A stretch of DNA of 64,000 nt from a virus (Duplodnaviria; Caudoviricetes). Below the pieces are notes generated by a model. It did no database searches. It saw only the letters and a list, made by a program, of their open reading frames with translations, and was not told the DNA's origin. The stretch lies in IMG/VR virus record IMGVR_UViG_3300042268_000564; one strand, written 5' to 3'. Position 1 is the first letter of the stretch; every line of letters begins with the position of its first letter. Made by a program: the position numbers and the translations under genes. Of the stretch, positions 46,109 through 56,430 are shown piece by piece.

Positions 46109-48370
46109 TTACAGATATTCAGTAACGGTTTTTGCCTTTACAAGCAGGGTCTTGTCTGCCTGAGTATAAACATAGTTACCTTTATCGTCGGCTTCGGTAA
46201 GTTCTTCAAACCAGTCACCTGTGAGCATCTTGGCAATCTTAACGCCACCTAACCAGTAACGGTTCTGACGCAGTCTCGCACGAACTTCTTTAAGTTCGGT
46301 TTCAAGCACTGGTTTCAGTTCTCTTGTAAGATTGTTAAGGTCTTGTCCTGCTTTTGCTACTTTGTCAGCAAGGATAGCTTTTGCGTCAATCATGATTTGC
46401 TGGCTGATAGTAGGTGTTTTACCGCTGGCAATTCTTGCTTCAACATCTTTTACTGATGGTAGAGAGGAAACACCTTTGAATATGAATGACAGGCTTCTTG
46501 TTTCGTAAGAATCAGAATTGGCAGCAGATGTCATGGTATTGTTGATACCTTTATAGACACCTGTCTTGTCAACGCCGTGGTCTTCAAGAACCTGAATCTG
46601 TTCAGGAGTGTATGATTTGAACACACCTGCTTCCTCTTTAAGCTCGGGAAAGGCAGCGTCGACAGCCTTGACATAGTGTCCAATCCACTTCTGGACTGCT
46701 TGGTCAACAATCATATCATTGCACAGGCTGAACACTTTACTCATGTCAGCACCTTTACTGAGGTAAGTGCGATTGATAATTGGAAGCTTGTCAAGCTCAA
46801 TGATTGCGACTACGGGGTTACTCATGCCTGCCTTTTTAAGGCTTGCCAGAGTAGCTTTGTCGGCTTTAAGGCTTGTCATTGTAGTTCCAGCCTTTTTAAG
46901 CGATTTGAAGGCTGCGTCAGACATAGCTACAACCATTTTTTTAATGTTCAAGGTGCCGTCTTTGATAACGGTGTGGGCGCGATAAACAAAGCTGTCGAAG
47001 GATTCAGCCAAGCCCACTCTTTGAGCTGCCTTATGATTGAGCTTCACTGTGCCGTAAGCTTTAAACCTGATAGACACATTCATTCTGTCTTCCGAGAAAA
47101 TAAAGTCTTCGAAAGATGCCATTACAAGGTCTTTCTTGTAAGAGAAGGCATTTTCAGCATCTTCAACCTTGCGTCGAGTGCGCTGGTACTTCTCTGCTTC
47201 TTTGTGCATTGGCAGGTAGTAAGCGTTGTCCTCGGCAAGGGCAAGAATAACATCCATTACACAATGAGCATTATGCTTTGGCAAGTAATTGGCAGGACAT
47301 TTGCCGTCTGCATAACGAGTGGTGGTGTCATGCAGTGCCTGTTCAAGTTGATTGATGTAATTTGCCGCTTCATCAAAGGTGAAAACCGACATTTGCGTAT
47401 CAGCCAGAGCTTTGTCACGGATATTTTTGGCAACAACGTCCAAGCATTTCTGACGCTTGCCGAGATAAAACATATTGTAAGCATAAGCATACAGGAATGT
47501 TTCTTTTGTCAGGTCAGGAATCGCATCAGTGATGTTTTTTGTGTTGGTTTTTACACCATCAACATCAACATCAAAGTCGTCCTTGCCGAGAACAAAAATT
47601 GTGCTGGCAGTTTTGCCCATTCGTGTAAGTGCCAGTTCATTTTCAGCCAGCTTGGTAAATCCAGTGGTAAGGTAAACAATTTCACCCTGAGCTTTTACAT
47701 TGATGGGTTCAGCAACGGTACCAGAAAGAACTTCGTAGTTTTTCACAAAGATATCTTTGTAATTATCTACTGCGGTAGAGTGAACAAAAACACCATATTC
47801 TGTTACGCTTGCCATTCTCTGGAGTAGATTCTGATTGTAGCCACAACCATAACCCACAGTGTTTACTGCAACGATTTTTTCTTTGAGCTGGTCTAAGCAA
47901 TCAAAGATTTTTCTTTCTTCTTCGGCAAGGCTCCAAGGCACAACAGGCTGCCCGTCAGTGAAAAATGTAACAGAAATATTAGGACAGAGGTCATAAAGTT
48001 CTGTGACAATCAGATTGATTTCTTTGATTGGGTCAGAGAAACAGGTCGTGCCGAGAGTATGTCTGAGTGAATCCAGAAGCTTGAGCAAGTTATCTGATTT
48101 TTTTGTCCCTTTAACAAGGGTGCGATATTCGCCGGGACTTGAGAACCAGATAATAGAGATAAGGTCATTGTCGTCCACTTCTTTGATAGTGGCTTGCACA
48201 TTATCAATTAATGTGTCGATTTCCCAAGTCATAGAACCTGAACGGTCAAGAACGTGGATGTGATGAAACTGTTTTTGTTCTACTTTGTCAGTTTCAACAG
48301 GGGTGATTGCCACCAGTGTTTTTTTACTGGTGCCAACGGTTACGGTTGATTTGCTTAACGTAACGTCCAT
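46109..48370 (-). CDS. vWA domain-containing protein
   Basis: VLDRSGSM MIDAS, FFTDG, TVGYG. Confidence 0.85.
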   Translation of the reverse strand: MDVTLSKSTVTVGTSKKTLVAITPVETDKVEQKQFHHIHVLDRSGSMTWEIDTLIDNVQATIKEVDDNDLISIIWFSSPGEYRTLVKGTKKSDNLLKLLDSLRHTLGTTCFSDPIKEINLIVTELYDLCPNISVTFFTDGQPVVPWSLAEEERKIFDCLDQLKEKIVAVNTVGYGCGYNQNLLQRMASVTEYGVFVHSTAVDNYKDIFVKNYEVLSGTVAEPINVKAQGEIVYLTTGFTKLAENELALTRMGKTASTIFVLGKDDFDVDVDGVKTNTKNITDAIPDLTKETFLYAYAYNMFYLGKRQKCLDVVAKNIRDKALADTQMSVFTFDEAANYINQLEQALHDTTTRYADGKCPANYLPKHNAHCVMDVILALAEDNAYYLPMHKEAEKYQRTRRKVEDAENAFSYKKDLVMASFEDFIFSEDRMNVSIRFKAYGTVKLNHKAAQRVGLAESFDSFVYRAHTVIKDGTLNIKKMVVAMSDAAFKSLKKAGTTMTSLKADKATLASLKKAGMSNPVVAIIELDKLPIINRTYLSKGADMSKVFSLCNDMIVDQAVQKWIGHYVKAVDAAFPELKEEAGVFKSYTPEQIQVLEDHGVDKTGVYKGINNTMTSAANSDSYETRSLSFIFKGVSSLPSVKDVEARIASGKTPTISQQIMIDAKAILADKVAKAGQDLNNLTRELKPVLETELKEVRARLRQNRYWLGGVKIAKMLTGDWFEELTEADDKGNYVYTQADKTLLVKAKTVTEYL

Positions 48371-48561
48371 AAAGCGAGGTTCTCCTTTTTTTACAATCTC
48401 TGTTTACTATTATAAACGTTTTTAAAAATTGTCAAGTAAAAAAAGAAAAACATCAATCTCAGCCTTTATTAGAAAGTATTTAATAGGAGCCTATTCGGTG
48501 CTTAAACTTGTCGCAGGGTATTAAGTTTTTAAAAGGCTGACGATGACTAAGGAGGAAAATT

Positions 48562-50361
48562 ATGTCACGTATTCATGGAACTAGAGCGATTATCGCCCAA
48601 ACGATTTCTAATGCAGCTATTGCGAATGATGCCGCTATTGCTGATATCAAGCTCGGCACTATCGCAACTGCAAACAAAGTTAACGTTTCTGCCATTTTTG
48701 GCGTTCTTTCTGCTGAAAAAGGTGGTACTGGTGTTAACAACGGTTCTAACACTATTACCCTTGGTGGTAATGTAAGTCTTGCTGGTGCTTTCTCAACCAC
48801 TGGTGCTTTCTCAACCACATTGAATCAGACAGCTAACGTTGTATTGAATTTGCCTTCAATTAACGGCACGCTTGCTACTGAAGAATATGTTGATGCTTTG
48901 GCACAATCTCTTGACCCAAAAGCTTCTGTAAGAGTTGCTACACAGGCTGCACTTCCTGCTGTTACTTATAACAACGGGGCTGCTGGCGTAGGTGCCACCC
49001 TTACTGCTGATGCTGTTGGTGCGCTTCCTGTTATCGACGATATCACTCTTGTAGCTGGCGACAGAATTTTGGTTAAAAATCAAGCCGATGCTACTCAGAA
49101 TGGTATCTATGTTGTAACTGTAGCTGGCGACGCTGGCACAGCTTTTGTTCTTACTCGTGGTACTGATTGTGATGGTTCACCAGCTAACGAAGTCTCTGGC
49201 GGCATGTTCACATTCGTAGAACAGGGAACTGTCTCTGGTGGGCACGGTTATGTACTTATTTTCGACGGCAACGCAGTTATTGGAACTGACGTTCTTAATT
49301 TCACACAGTTCTCTGGTGCAGGTCAATTGATTGGCGGAGATGGCATTTCTATTGACGGCAACACAGTAAATATCGACGCATCTTATTGGGATGATATTCA
49401 GCAAATCAACACATGGAATGTGGCTGGTGTTACAGGTATGGTTCAAGCCGACCTTCAAAAACTTGCCGATATGGACGTCACTGCCGCTGAACTGAACGAG
49501 CTTAATGGTGCCGGTTGCACAAACGCTGACTTTGTAAAACTTCACAATATCACAGTTTCTGCGGTGCAGCTTTCAGACGTTGCGACTCTTACCAGACTTG
49601 CCTCTACCACTAATGGTGATGGCGCAAGCTTGATTGGCGTTGAAGCAATCGCCGGACTTACTGCGACTACAGTTCAAGCCGCTCTCGCAGAATTGCTGGG
49701 CAATGACAATAACAACTCTGCCAATCTTACGGCTCTTGATGCGGCAGTAAATGGAAGAATTGACAGCATCGACGTTGCACTTGGAATTCCGGGTGATGTT
49801 TATGTTACTGGCACTGGCTCACTTCTTAATGTGGCCACATCTTTCATGGACGCCGACGAAATCCTTGAAGCCAAAGCTGTTAGCTTGCAGGGTGAATTGG
49901 ACGCAACTCAGGCTGGCGCAGGACTCAATCCTGATGGCGCTTATACTCCTAATGCTACCGCTAACTATATCTCAACCGCACAGTCTCTTAAAGATGCTGA
50001 CAACAAGCTCGACCTTGCTATCGAATCCGAAGAAGTTGCGAGAATCGCGGCTGTAGCTGATGAAGCCGCTGCAAGAACTGCTGCTGACGACGCTCTTAGT
50101 GGCAGACTTGATGCTGTTGAGGGTGGCGCACTTGGCATCGTTGACTATGACTTCCTCGGTAATGGTGATGGTTCACAAGTTCTGTATACAGTAAGCGCTG
50201 CTGCTTACCTTGCAGGCACTTTGAAGGTGTATATCAACGGTCTTCTCATGAAAAAAGGCACTGCTGCTGGCGAAGTTCAGGAAACTGACCCTGCAACAGG
50301 AACTTTCACTTTCGGGACTGCACCTGCGATTGATGATGAAATCATCGTTGCTCACCGCTAA
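48562..50361 (+). CDS. Probable virion structural (decoration/fibre) protein
   Basis: AAGGAGG RBS; ATEEYVD...KASVRVAT...DRILVKNQ...NGIY; C-terminal LKVYINGL. Confidence 0.75.
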   Translation: MSRIHGTRAIIAQTISNAAIANDAAIADIKLGTIATANKVNVSAIFGVLSAEKGGTGVNNGSNTITLGGNVSLAGAFSTTGAFSTTLNQTANVVLNLPSINGTLATEEYVDALAQSLDPKASVRVATQAALPAVTYNNGAAGVGATLTADAVGALPVIDDITLVAGDRILVKNQADATQNGIYVVTVAGDAGTAFVLTRGTDCDGSPANEVSGGMFTFVEQGTVSGGHGYVLIFDGNAVIGTDVLNFTQFSGAGQLIGGDGISIDGNTVNIDASYWDDIQQINTWNVAGVTGMVQADLQKLADMDVTAAELNELNGAGCTNADFVKLHNITVSAVQLSDVATLTRLASTTNGDGASLIGVEAIAGLTATTVQAALAELLGNDNNNSANLTALDAAVNGRIDSIDVALGIPGDVYVTGTGSLLNVATSFMDADEILEAKAVSLQGELDATQAGAGLNPDGAYTPNATANYISTAQSLKDADNKLDLAIESEEVARIAAVADEAAARTAADDALSGRLDAVEGGALGIVDYDFLGNGDGSQVLYTVSAAAYLAGTLKVYINGLLMKKGTAAGEVQETDPATGTFTFGTAPAIDDEIIVAHR

Positions 50362-50404
50362 CGACGGTTGCTAACGAATTAATTCGTTAGCCTATGAACA
50401 TGAT

Positions 50405-50437
50405 GGGAGGAGGAAACCCCTCCTCCCTATTTTTTTA
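50405..50437 (+). terminator. Intrinsic terminator
   Basis: gggaggagg...cctcctccc-tattttttt. Confidence 0.75.
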
Positions 50438-50466
50438 TAAAATAACCAAACAGGAGTATATTTTTA

Positions 50467-51498
50467 ATGAGCAATCTTATTTCAAACAACGGACAATTAG
50501 CTGTTCATAACGGGTTTTTAGCTCTTGGCGTATCAAGTGAAGATTTGCAACTGGCGTGGCGAGCGCTCGGCACTGGTGCGTCGTCTGACGTGAAGAAGGT
50601 GTTTGTCTCGTCTGCTGGCGATTTATATGCGGCAGGCACATTTGCGACAATGGATAATATTACGGTAAATCAAATAGCTAAATGGGACGGGAATAGTTGG
50701 TCTGCAATAGGTGAAGGCATTTCTCTTGGCGTTCCTCAAGCAATTGCAGAAGATAGTCTCGGCAATATTTATTTTGGCGCACAAAATCTTTTTAAATGGG
50801 ATGGCACGAATTTGTCAACTGTTTTAACGACAAATTTTAGTATCACAGACATGGCTTTCGATTCAAATGAAAATTTATATTTTGTTGGTGGATTCTCATC
50901 GGCTGGCGGCGTTACATGCAATAATATTGGCAAATGGGACGGCACTAATGTTACTTCGATAGGCAGTGGTGTAAATACAGCCGCTGCGGGGCTTGATGTG
51001 GCTATAGATTCATCCGACAATATTTATGTTGCTGGAAATTTTACAAATATTGATGGTGTTCCTGCGCAAAGAATCGCAGTATGGGACGGGATAGCATGGT
51101 CTGCCATGTCTACAGGGTTCTCTGAAATGGTTTATGATGTTTACGCATCTGGGAATGATGTGTATGCTGCGGGGTTTAACTATTCTCAAACAGGTTCTAC
51201 AGTAAATAAATGGAATCCTGCAAATAATAACTGGGAAGTAGTAGGCAGCCATCCTTATACTGCTTATGAACTCCAGACTTATAATGGGAACTTAATTGCT
51301 GTCGACGATATAGGCGTTCATCAATATATAAACAGCTCTTGGGAATTAATTCCTACGATTTATTCTTCTATTGCTGGCGCAAGAACACTAGCTATTAAAA
51401 ATGACGAGATTTTTATAGGTGGGACTTTTACAAGTATCAATAGTCAAACTGGTAGCATCAGTGCGAATCGTATTGCTAAATATGGTTATAGCATTTAA
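50467..51498 (+). CDS. Beta-propeller repeat protein
   Basis: Repeated LY.GG.F...IA.WDG..W. Confidence 0.75.
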   Translation: MSNLISNNGQLAVHNGFLALGVSSEDLQLAWRALGTGASSDVKKVFVSSAGDLYAAGTFATMDNITVNQIAKWDGNSWSAIGEGISLGVPQAIAEDSLGNIYFGAQNLFKWDGTNLSTVLTTNFSITDMAFDSNENLYFVGGFSSAGGVTCNNIGKWDGTNVTSIGSGVNTAAAGLDVAIDSSDNIYVAGNFTNIDGVPAQRIAVWDGIAWSAMSTGFSEMVYDVYASGNDVYAAGFNYSQTGSTVNKWNPANNNWEVVGSHPYTAYELQTYNGNLIAVDDIGVHQYINSSWELIPTIYSSIAGARTLAIKNDEIFIGGTFTSINSQTGSISANRIAKYGYSI

Positions 51499-51534
51499 TT
51501 CCTTGTCCCTATCTCCTGACAAAGGATTGTAATT

Positions 51535-52170
51535 ATGAGTCAAATAAATAAAAAGCAAATTAAACCCGGCTCTGTCGACTCTACAATCGTTGAAGACGAG
51601 AGTCTGACTGGGGCAGACATCCTTGATGAGACTTTGACAGATGCAGATTTGTCTACAGACGCAAATATCCAATTGGCCAAACTCAACAAAGTAGGACAAA
51701 CTGTTAGAGCAATCCCGCAATTTGACGGGAGTGTGTGGAGTGCTCACACAAAAGAATATTTTGAAGTTTATGATTCAATCGGTGGGCAAACATATTTAGG
51801 TACAATTACCGTCAATCTTGACACGGTGAACAAAAATAGCAATACGTCCGTGTTCTCCCTTTCCATGCCCGATGTGACGATAAATAAGACGGGAACCTTT
51901 TTTTACAGTTACAAAGTAACTGTAAAATCGGCAACCAACACGAGAACAAATAGCTTAAACTGGCTAGAAAAAAACACTGCGTTAATCCCTCAAAGTATTG
52001 CCTATAGCTATCATCAAAATTCTACAAATGGAGAGTCGACTACAGGCAGCACGGGGATTGTTGAGCTAACGTCGGGCGACACCTTAAGAATCCGCTCTCA
52101 AATGATTAACGGTAGCACCTTGGCGACCGTCGCCAATGGTACAAGCCTCGTTTTAATAGAACTTCTTTAA
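51535..52170 (+). CDS. Fibre-like protein with C1q/BclA-type C-terminal domain
   Basis: TINKTGTF...VELTSGDTLRI. Confidence 0.6.
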   Translation: MSQINKKQIKPGSVDSTIVEDESLTGADILDETLTDADLSTDANIQLAKLNKVGQTVRAIPQFDGSVWSAHTKEYFEVYDSIGGQTYLGTITVNLDTVNKNSNTSVFSLSMPDVTINKTGTFFYSYKVTVKSATNTRTNSLNWLEKNTALIPQSIAYSYHQNSTNGESTTGSTGIVELTSGDTLRIRSQMINGSTLATVANGTSLVLIELL

Positions 52171-52181
52171 GGAGGTAGGGT

Positions 52182-53012
52182 ATGGCAGAACAAATTCATA
52201 ATTTTTCTATTGCAAATGATACTGCAAATGGGAAAATAAATTTAAAAGAGTTGCAATTGGCTATAGCCAATTCAAGTATAGTGGCGGGTTTTTATCCTCC
52301 TGAAACATTCGGCGATAATTTAAAACTTATTTCTAAGGCTGAATTAACTGCTGGCGAAATTACACTTTTAGCTTCATTGGTGTTCAATAATTCAGGTCAT
52401 GATTCTGCTGCTGAGGTATTGAGTGTAAAAGTGATAGAAGAGCCGACTTATGTTACGGTTGATAGAACGATTAAAACGGAATCTATTGAGCTTGAGTCCG
52501 GTGAATCAAGCAAGCAAATTTCTTTCCCTTATCCTGTTGTTTTGTTAGGTGGTGAATTCCATTGCAAGGCTGAGAATGTTAAAGACAGATGCCAATTGGT
52601 CGTAAACCCTGACGGCGTGGTCGGTATTACTGAAGCAGTAATTGCGTCGGGACTAAATGAAATAAATTTACCCGCCACTGTAATGCCATATGCGTTTAAA
52701 GGATATACATTAAAACTTACTGACGGCACCAATACGGACAACCTCGGCGAGATTATTAGTACATCCAATCAGAACCCATTGACTACAGAAAATCCTACAA
52801 CAAGGGAGTGGGGCATAGGCACTCAAATTATAATTGAGTATTATGTAATCCCTCACATCTATTTTGATGCTCCTGTAATCTATCACATTGGCAAAAATTC
52901 TAACAGCGGGTCGATTGTACAGGCTAACATACCTATCGAATTCAGATATTTTAACGATAATAACATTACAAAAGATGTGAAAATCAGTTTCATGATTGAG
53001 TATTACCTGTAA
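52182..53012 (+). CDS. Hypothetical protein, probably structural
   Basis: AAGGAGG RBS within the structural run. Confidence 0.7.
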   Translation: MAEQIHNFSIANDTANGKINLKELQLAIANSSIVAGFYPPETFGDNLKLISKAELTAGEITLLASLVFNNSGHDSAAEVLSVKVIEEPTYVTVDRTIKTESIELESGESSKQISFPYPVVLLGGEFHCKAENVKDRCQLVVNPDGVVGITEAVIASGLNEINLPATVMPYAFKGYTLKLTDGTNTDNLGEIISTSNQNPLTTENPTTREWGIGTQIIIEYYVIPHIYFDAPVIYHIGKNSNSGSIVQANIPIEFRYFNDNNITKDVKISFMIEYYL

Positions 53013-53024
53013 TGGAGGCAACAA

Positions 53025-53383
53025 ATGACTAACTTTAGCTTGCGTGTAAAACACTATTCAACGGGGGGGCATGGACGCTTGTGGGCACGTTTGAAGCCCC
53101 TGTGATTAACTCTCGTTTCGACTTGTGGGGCACAAGTTCGTCACCTTGGGTTGAGTGTCAAGTTCTTGCAGTAGATAAACCTTTACAATTGTCGTTTTAC
53201 GCTCAATATGACGGTTTGGTCGTTCCTCAAACCACTGTAATTATGCCAGAAGATGGTTGGGTTACAATGGCTGCGCACAATGGGAATTTAGACTACACAG
53301 AGGCAGCCGTGACAAGAGTATTGTCAGATGGCGCAGGAAATATCTTTTTTGATAGCAGTGGGAATGTTTTAACAGACCTTTAA
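53025..53383 (+). CDS. Hypothetical protein interrupted by a frameshift at a G7 run
   Basis: GGAGG+ATG at 53025 stops after 26 codons; the -1 frame continues to 53383. Confidence 0.5.
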
Positions 53384-53407
53384 AAAGTGGTTATTACAGG
53401 GCTTATT

Positions 53408-53830
53408 TTAAGCCCTGTAATAAATAACCTCAACCGTGCCAAGCAGATAAGTATCTTCGCTTGCATTAATCCATTTTATAGTGTCGCCATCAACCTCAAA
53501 ATCAATGCCAACTTTTTGCGGCAATGTTTCATAAATAAGCTGAATAGGCGCAGTCTGGTTCACCACATATTCGAGCGGGAATTGTGTTCTAGGTGTAGTA
53601 AAATTAAACCTTTGGAAAACGGGCACGGATTTGCCGACATTTTCTTGCAGGCTTATAAGTTGTGATTCGAGAGATTCAATTCTTTGCGCTAATAAACCAT
53701 GAATTTGAGAATCTTCCACATTAGACAAGTCGCTGCCGGGAGGCAACAAAGATTCTATCACTTTTATAACTTTTGCTCTTTTTACCTTTGTTTTATGTAG
53801 CCCGGGCGGCAGCTTATGAGTCTTATTCAT
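53408..53830 (-). CDS. Small structural-type protein sharing its N-terminal module with the 8634 gene
   Basis: LPP...SLL...GLL..R.E.LES.L..LQ. Confidence 0.65.
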   Translation of the reverse strand: MNKTHKLPPGLHKTKVKRAKVIKVIESLLPPGSDLSNVEDSQIHGLLAQRIESLESQLISLQENVGKSVPVFQRFNFTTPRTQFPLEYVVNQTAPIQLIYETLPQKVGIDFEVDGDTIKWINASEDTYLLGTVEVIYYRA

Positions 53831-53847
53831 GACACCATCTCAACTTA

Positions 53848-54246
53848 TTACAGGATATCGTCGTCGTTACGTTGTCTGCGAACAGGTTCTGTCGACTGCT
53901 GTGTGGCGGAATGTGTTTTATTTAAAGCATTTTGTATGGATTTTGTCTCATTGGCTGAAACATTCGTCTGTGGTGTAGCCTCTGCAAGGTCTTTGTTCAT
54001 TGCATTTCTAATCAAAGAAAGCCGGGTAAGGGCATAATTTTCTTTCAAAGTCTCGATTTGCAAAATCAAAAGATTCAACGCTGTTTCATTATAAGTAATG
54101 TCAGTCATTGTCCGCATGTTGGCGTCTTTTATAAGCTTGATTTTATAAATTTTTTCTTCGAAATCAGCTTCTGCTGGTGGTTGGACTGGCGCAGAGCTAG
54201 GTGTGGCAGGTGGTGTATTTTTTTTGACAGGTGATTTTTTAACCAT
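53848..54246 (-). CDS. Hypothetical protein
   Basis: GGAG RBS. Confidence 0.6.
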   Translation of the reverse strand: MVKKSPVKKNTPPATPSSAPVQPPAEADFEEKIYKIKLIKDANMRTMTDITYNETALNLLILQIETLKENYALTRLSLIRNAMNKDLAEATPQTNVSANETKSIQNALNKTHSATQQSTEPVRRQRNDDDIL

Positions 54247-54346
54247 AAAACAAATCTCTCCAAACTAAATTTTTACTTGTATATATTATACTTTCAAACT
54301 AGCTTACAAAAACGCCAACAGAAAAATCGCATGATGGCTGTTATTA

Positions 54347-54727
54347 TTAATCTTTATCAGACGTTAAAAAACTGTCTATCTGAGCTTTGACAAGCTTATA
54401 TTGTTCATGAAAATATCTTGCATCTTCTTTGTTCATGATATGGCAAGACATGAACATGGGATAACCATTAAATCCCATTGTGCCAGCTTTATCCATATAT
54501 TCATACACCATCGCTGTGTCTGGCGGTAACGGTTCCTCCATCAATGCAAGCACCATAAAAATATTCGGCAAAAGATGTAGGTCGTGTTCGGGGATATGAC
54601 CAGAAGTAAAAATTTTGTTTTGATAGCAATCCATTGCCAATTGCTTTAATTCTTGGTCGGTCATTTTTCTGACACTTCTATCTTTATCAATAGCGATGTC
54701 GGGCATATTCTCAGGCTTGATTGTCAT
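54347..54727 (-). CDS. Hypothetical protein
   Basis: ORF in a minus-strand run. Confidence 0.65.
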   Translation of the reverse strand: MTIKPENMPDIAIDKDRSVRKMTDQELKQLAMDCYQNKIFTSGHIPEHDLHLLPNIFMVLALMEEPLPPDTAMVYEYMDKAGTMGFNGYPMFMSCHIMNKEDARYFHEQYKLVKAQIDSFLTSDKD

Positions 54728-54765
54728 TTTTTTATTAGTTCCTTTTGGATAAAAGTTAGTGAACG

Positions 54766-55170
54766 TCAACCGAACAGCCATTTAAACGCAGCAAACATCA
54801 AAAGCAAGTGCATGGTGTTGTCTGAAACTACATAAACAATTGGTGAAAACATTTTTCTTATTTCTCTGGTTTGGTAATTCTCTATTTTAAATACATCTAC
54901 TGGTGGTGTACTACCAATCATTTTCATCCATTTATTGGCAAGCCCATATCTATCAATAGGGTAGTGGCTCAAAAACGCAATAACAAATATTTGCCAAGAC
55001 AAAATCCCTATACAAGACATAGTGACAGTCATTGTCAAAGCATAAACAATACAATGAATGAGGCACGCCCATAGTCCTGTCCATGTTTTTTGTTGTTTAT
55101 TTGTTGCCATCCAGTCGGTTTGGAACAAATAGTCGCCAATGAAATGCCCAAAGAAAATAGCTTCAAACAT
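54766..55170 (-). CDS. DUF3307 membrane protein
   Basis: HFIGDYLFQTDWMA..K, H...Y, HYPID, DNTMH. Confidence 0.8.
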   Translation of the reverse strand: MFEAIFFGHFIGDYLFQTDWMATNKQQKTWTGLWACLIHCIVYALTMTVTMSCIGILSWQIFVIAFLSHYPIDRYGLANKWMKMIGSTPPVDVFKIENYQTREIRKMFSPIVYVVSDNTMHLLLMFAAFKWLFG

Positions 55171-56053
55171 TGGATTCTTTTTTCCTTTCAATCATTTCAA
55201 CAAGAGGTTCAAACAGGGCTTTTGTTCCACCTTTATTATTAAAATTGTCTAAATATCGTTTAGCTCTCGCAGTCATTTTTGCCGCATATTTTGTTTCAAT
55301 TTGTTCTTTTATTTCCATGTAAGAGCTGTGCTTGTATTGATGCTCAGGGTCTTTTCTTTTATTCTCTCGAAACAACCTGTCCACAATTTTTTCACTTGTG
55401 TAAACTAAGGTATATTTGTGAATTTTTTCGGCTGAAAAAAAATATTCCAATTTGCCAATCAAAGCTTCAAGCCAATCAACGTCCCATCTTGCAATTCCTC
55501 TGGTAAGACGGTCAATACCTTCTGCGACAATACAAAACATTTCATTACTCGGAACGCCACTATCGTCCAATAGGACGTGAGACCAATCTTTTTTTCTTTG
55601 TTCCCATTCTTCCTCGGTAGCGGTTTCGTCAGGGTCAGTGTTGTCCCAATAACCGTATGGAATAGCAATACCTGAGTCCATGAACAATTTCCTTGTCATG
55701 GAGCCGCCAAATAAAAGCCCTAACAGGTTTCCATCAGGTGCAGAGCTAACACCAAGTGCAATTTCGTTTTCTCTTACGAAATTTCGTCTATTTCTTTCCC
55801 CTGCCAAGCTGTATCTGTCTTTCTCATTATCAAAGATTTCATTCATTATGATATTATTTATCATTTTAAGAGAGTTATCAAATGATTCGTTTTTGAAAAC
55901 ATAATGTCTTACAAGGTCATAACCGCCAGTGAGCAGTAATTCAGCCAGAACGTCATGAAAAATACCTCCAGCGGCACATTTCTTGAATACAGCTTTTATT
56001 TCAGCAAGAGAATTCGTGGTGAATTTTACACCGTCATATATCTTTATGCTCAT
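55163..56053 (-). CDS. Hypothetical protein
   Basis: 296-aa ORF; YGYWDNTDPD...EW..R...W. Confidence 0.7.
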   Translation of the reverse strand: MSIKIYDGVKFTTNSLAEIKAVFKKCAAGGIFHDVLAELLLTGGYDLVRHYVFKNESFDNSLKMINNIIMNEIFDNEKDRYSLAGERNRRNFVRENEIALGVSSAPDGNLLGLLFGGSMTRKLFMDSGIAIPYGYWDNTDPDETATEEEWEQRKKDWSHVLLDDSGVPSNEMFCIVAEGIDRLTRGIARWDVDWLEALIGKLEYFFSAEKIHKYTLVYTSEKIVDRLFRENKRKDPEHQYKHSSYMEIKEQIETKYAAKMTARAKRYLDNFNNKGGTKALFEPLVEMIERKKESNV

Positions 56054-56240
56054 TCTTAGCCAGCCTTTCTAAACGTTTTTTATATTCAGCTTTCCACTTT
56101 ACAATCGTGGAAATGGAAACATGATGCCTTGCCGCCAAAACAGGATTTGTCAAGTCAGGGTATTTCTCAAAACTCGCCATTACATCCCTTTTCTTTGCGT
56201 CTTTGTGTTTGATATTTCTACGTCCCATTCCAAAAGTCAT
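56034..56240 (-). CDS. Small HTH protein
   Basis: LAARHHVSISTIVKW. Confidence 0.55.
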   Translation of the reverse strand: MTFGMGRRNIKHKDAKKRDVMASFEKYPDLTNPVLAARHHVSISTIVKWKAEYKKRLERLAKNEHKDI

Positions 56241-56353
56241 CGAGAGTATCCTTTCGTTGCAAGTGAATTAATTGCCTCTGGAGCAAACATTCCAGTCCAG
56301 TTTATTATTTTTATATATTCTATTATATGCCCAAGTTAAAAGTTAAATAATGT

Positions 56354-56410
56354 CAAATATACAAAACAGGTGAAAGAATGTTTTGTTCTTTCACCTGTTT
56401 TGTATATTTG
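56354..56410. repeat. 25-bp perfect inverted repeat
   Basis: caaatatacaaaacaggtgaaagaa-N7-ttctttcacctgttttgtatatttg. Confidence 0.85.
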
Positions 56411-56430
56411 CTTATTTATTGATTGGCAAA

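Noticed and set aside
46676-47827. 383-aa plus-strand ORF
   Set aside because: Antisense shadow of the vWA gene; no RBS or recognisable motif.
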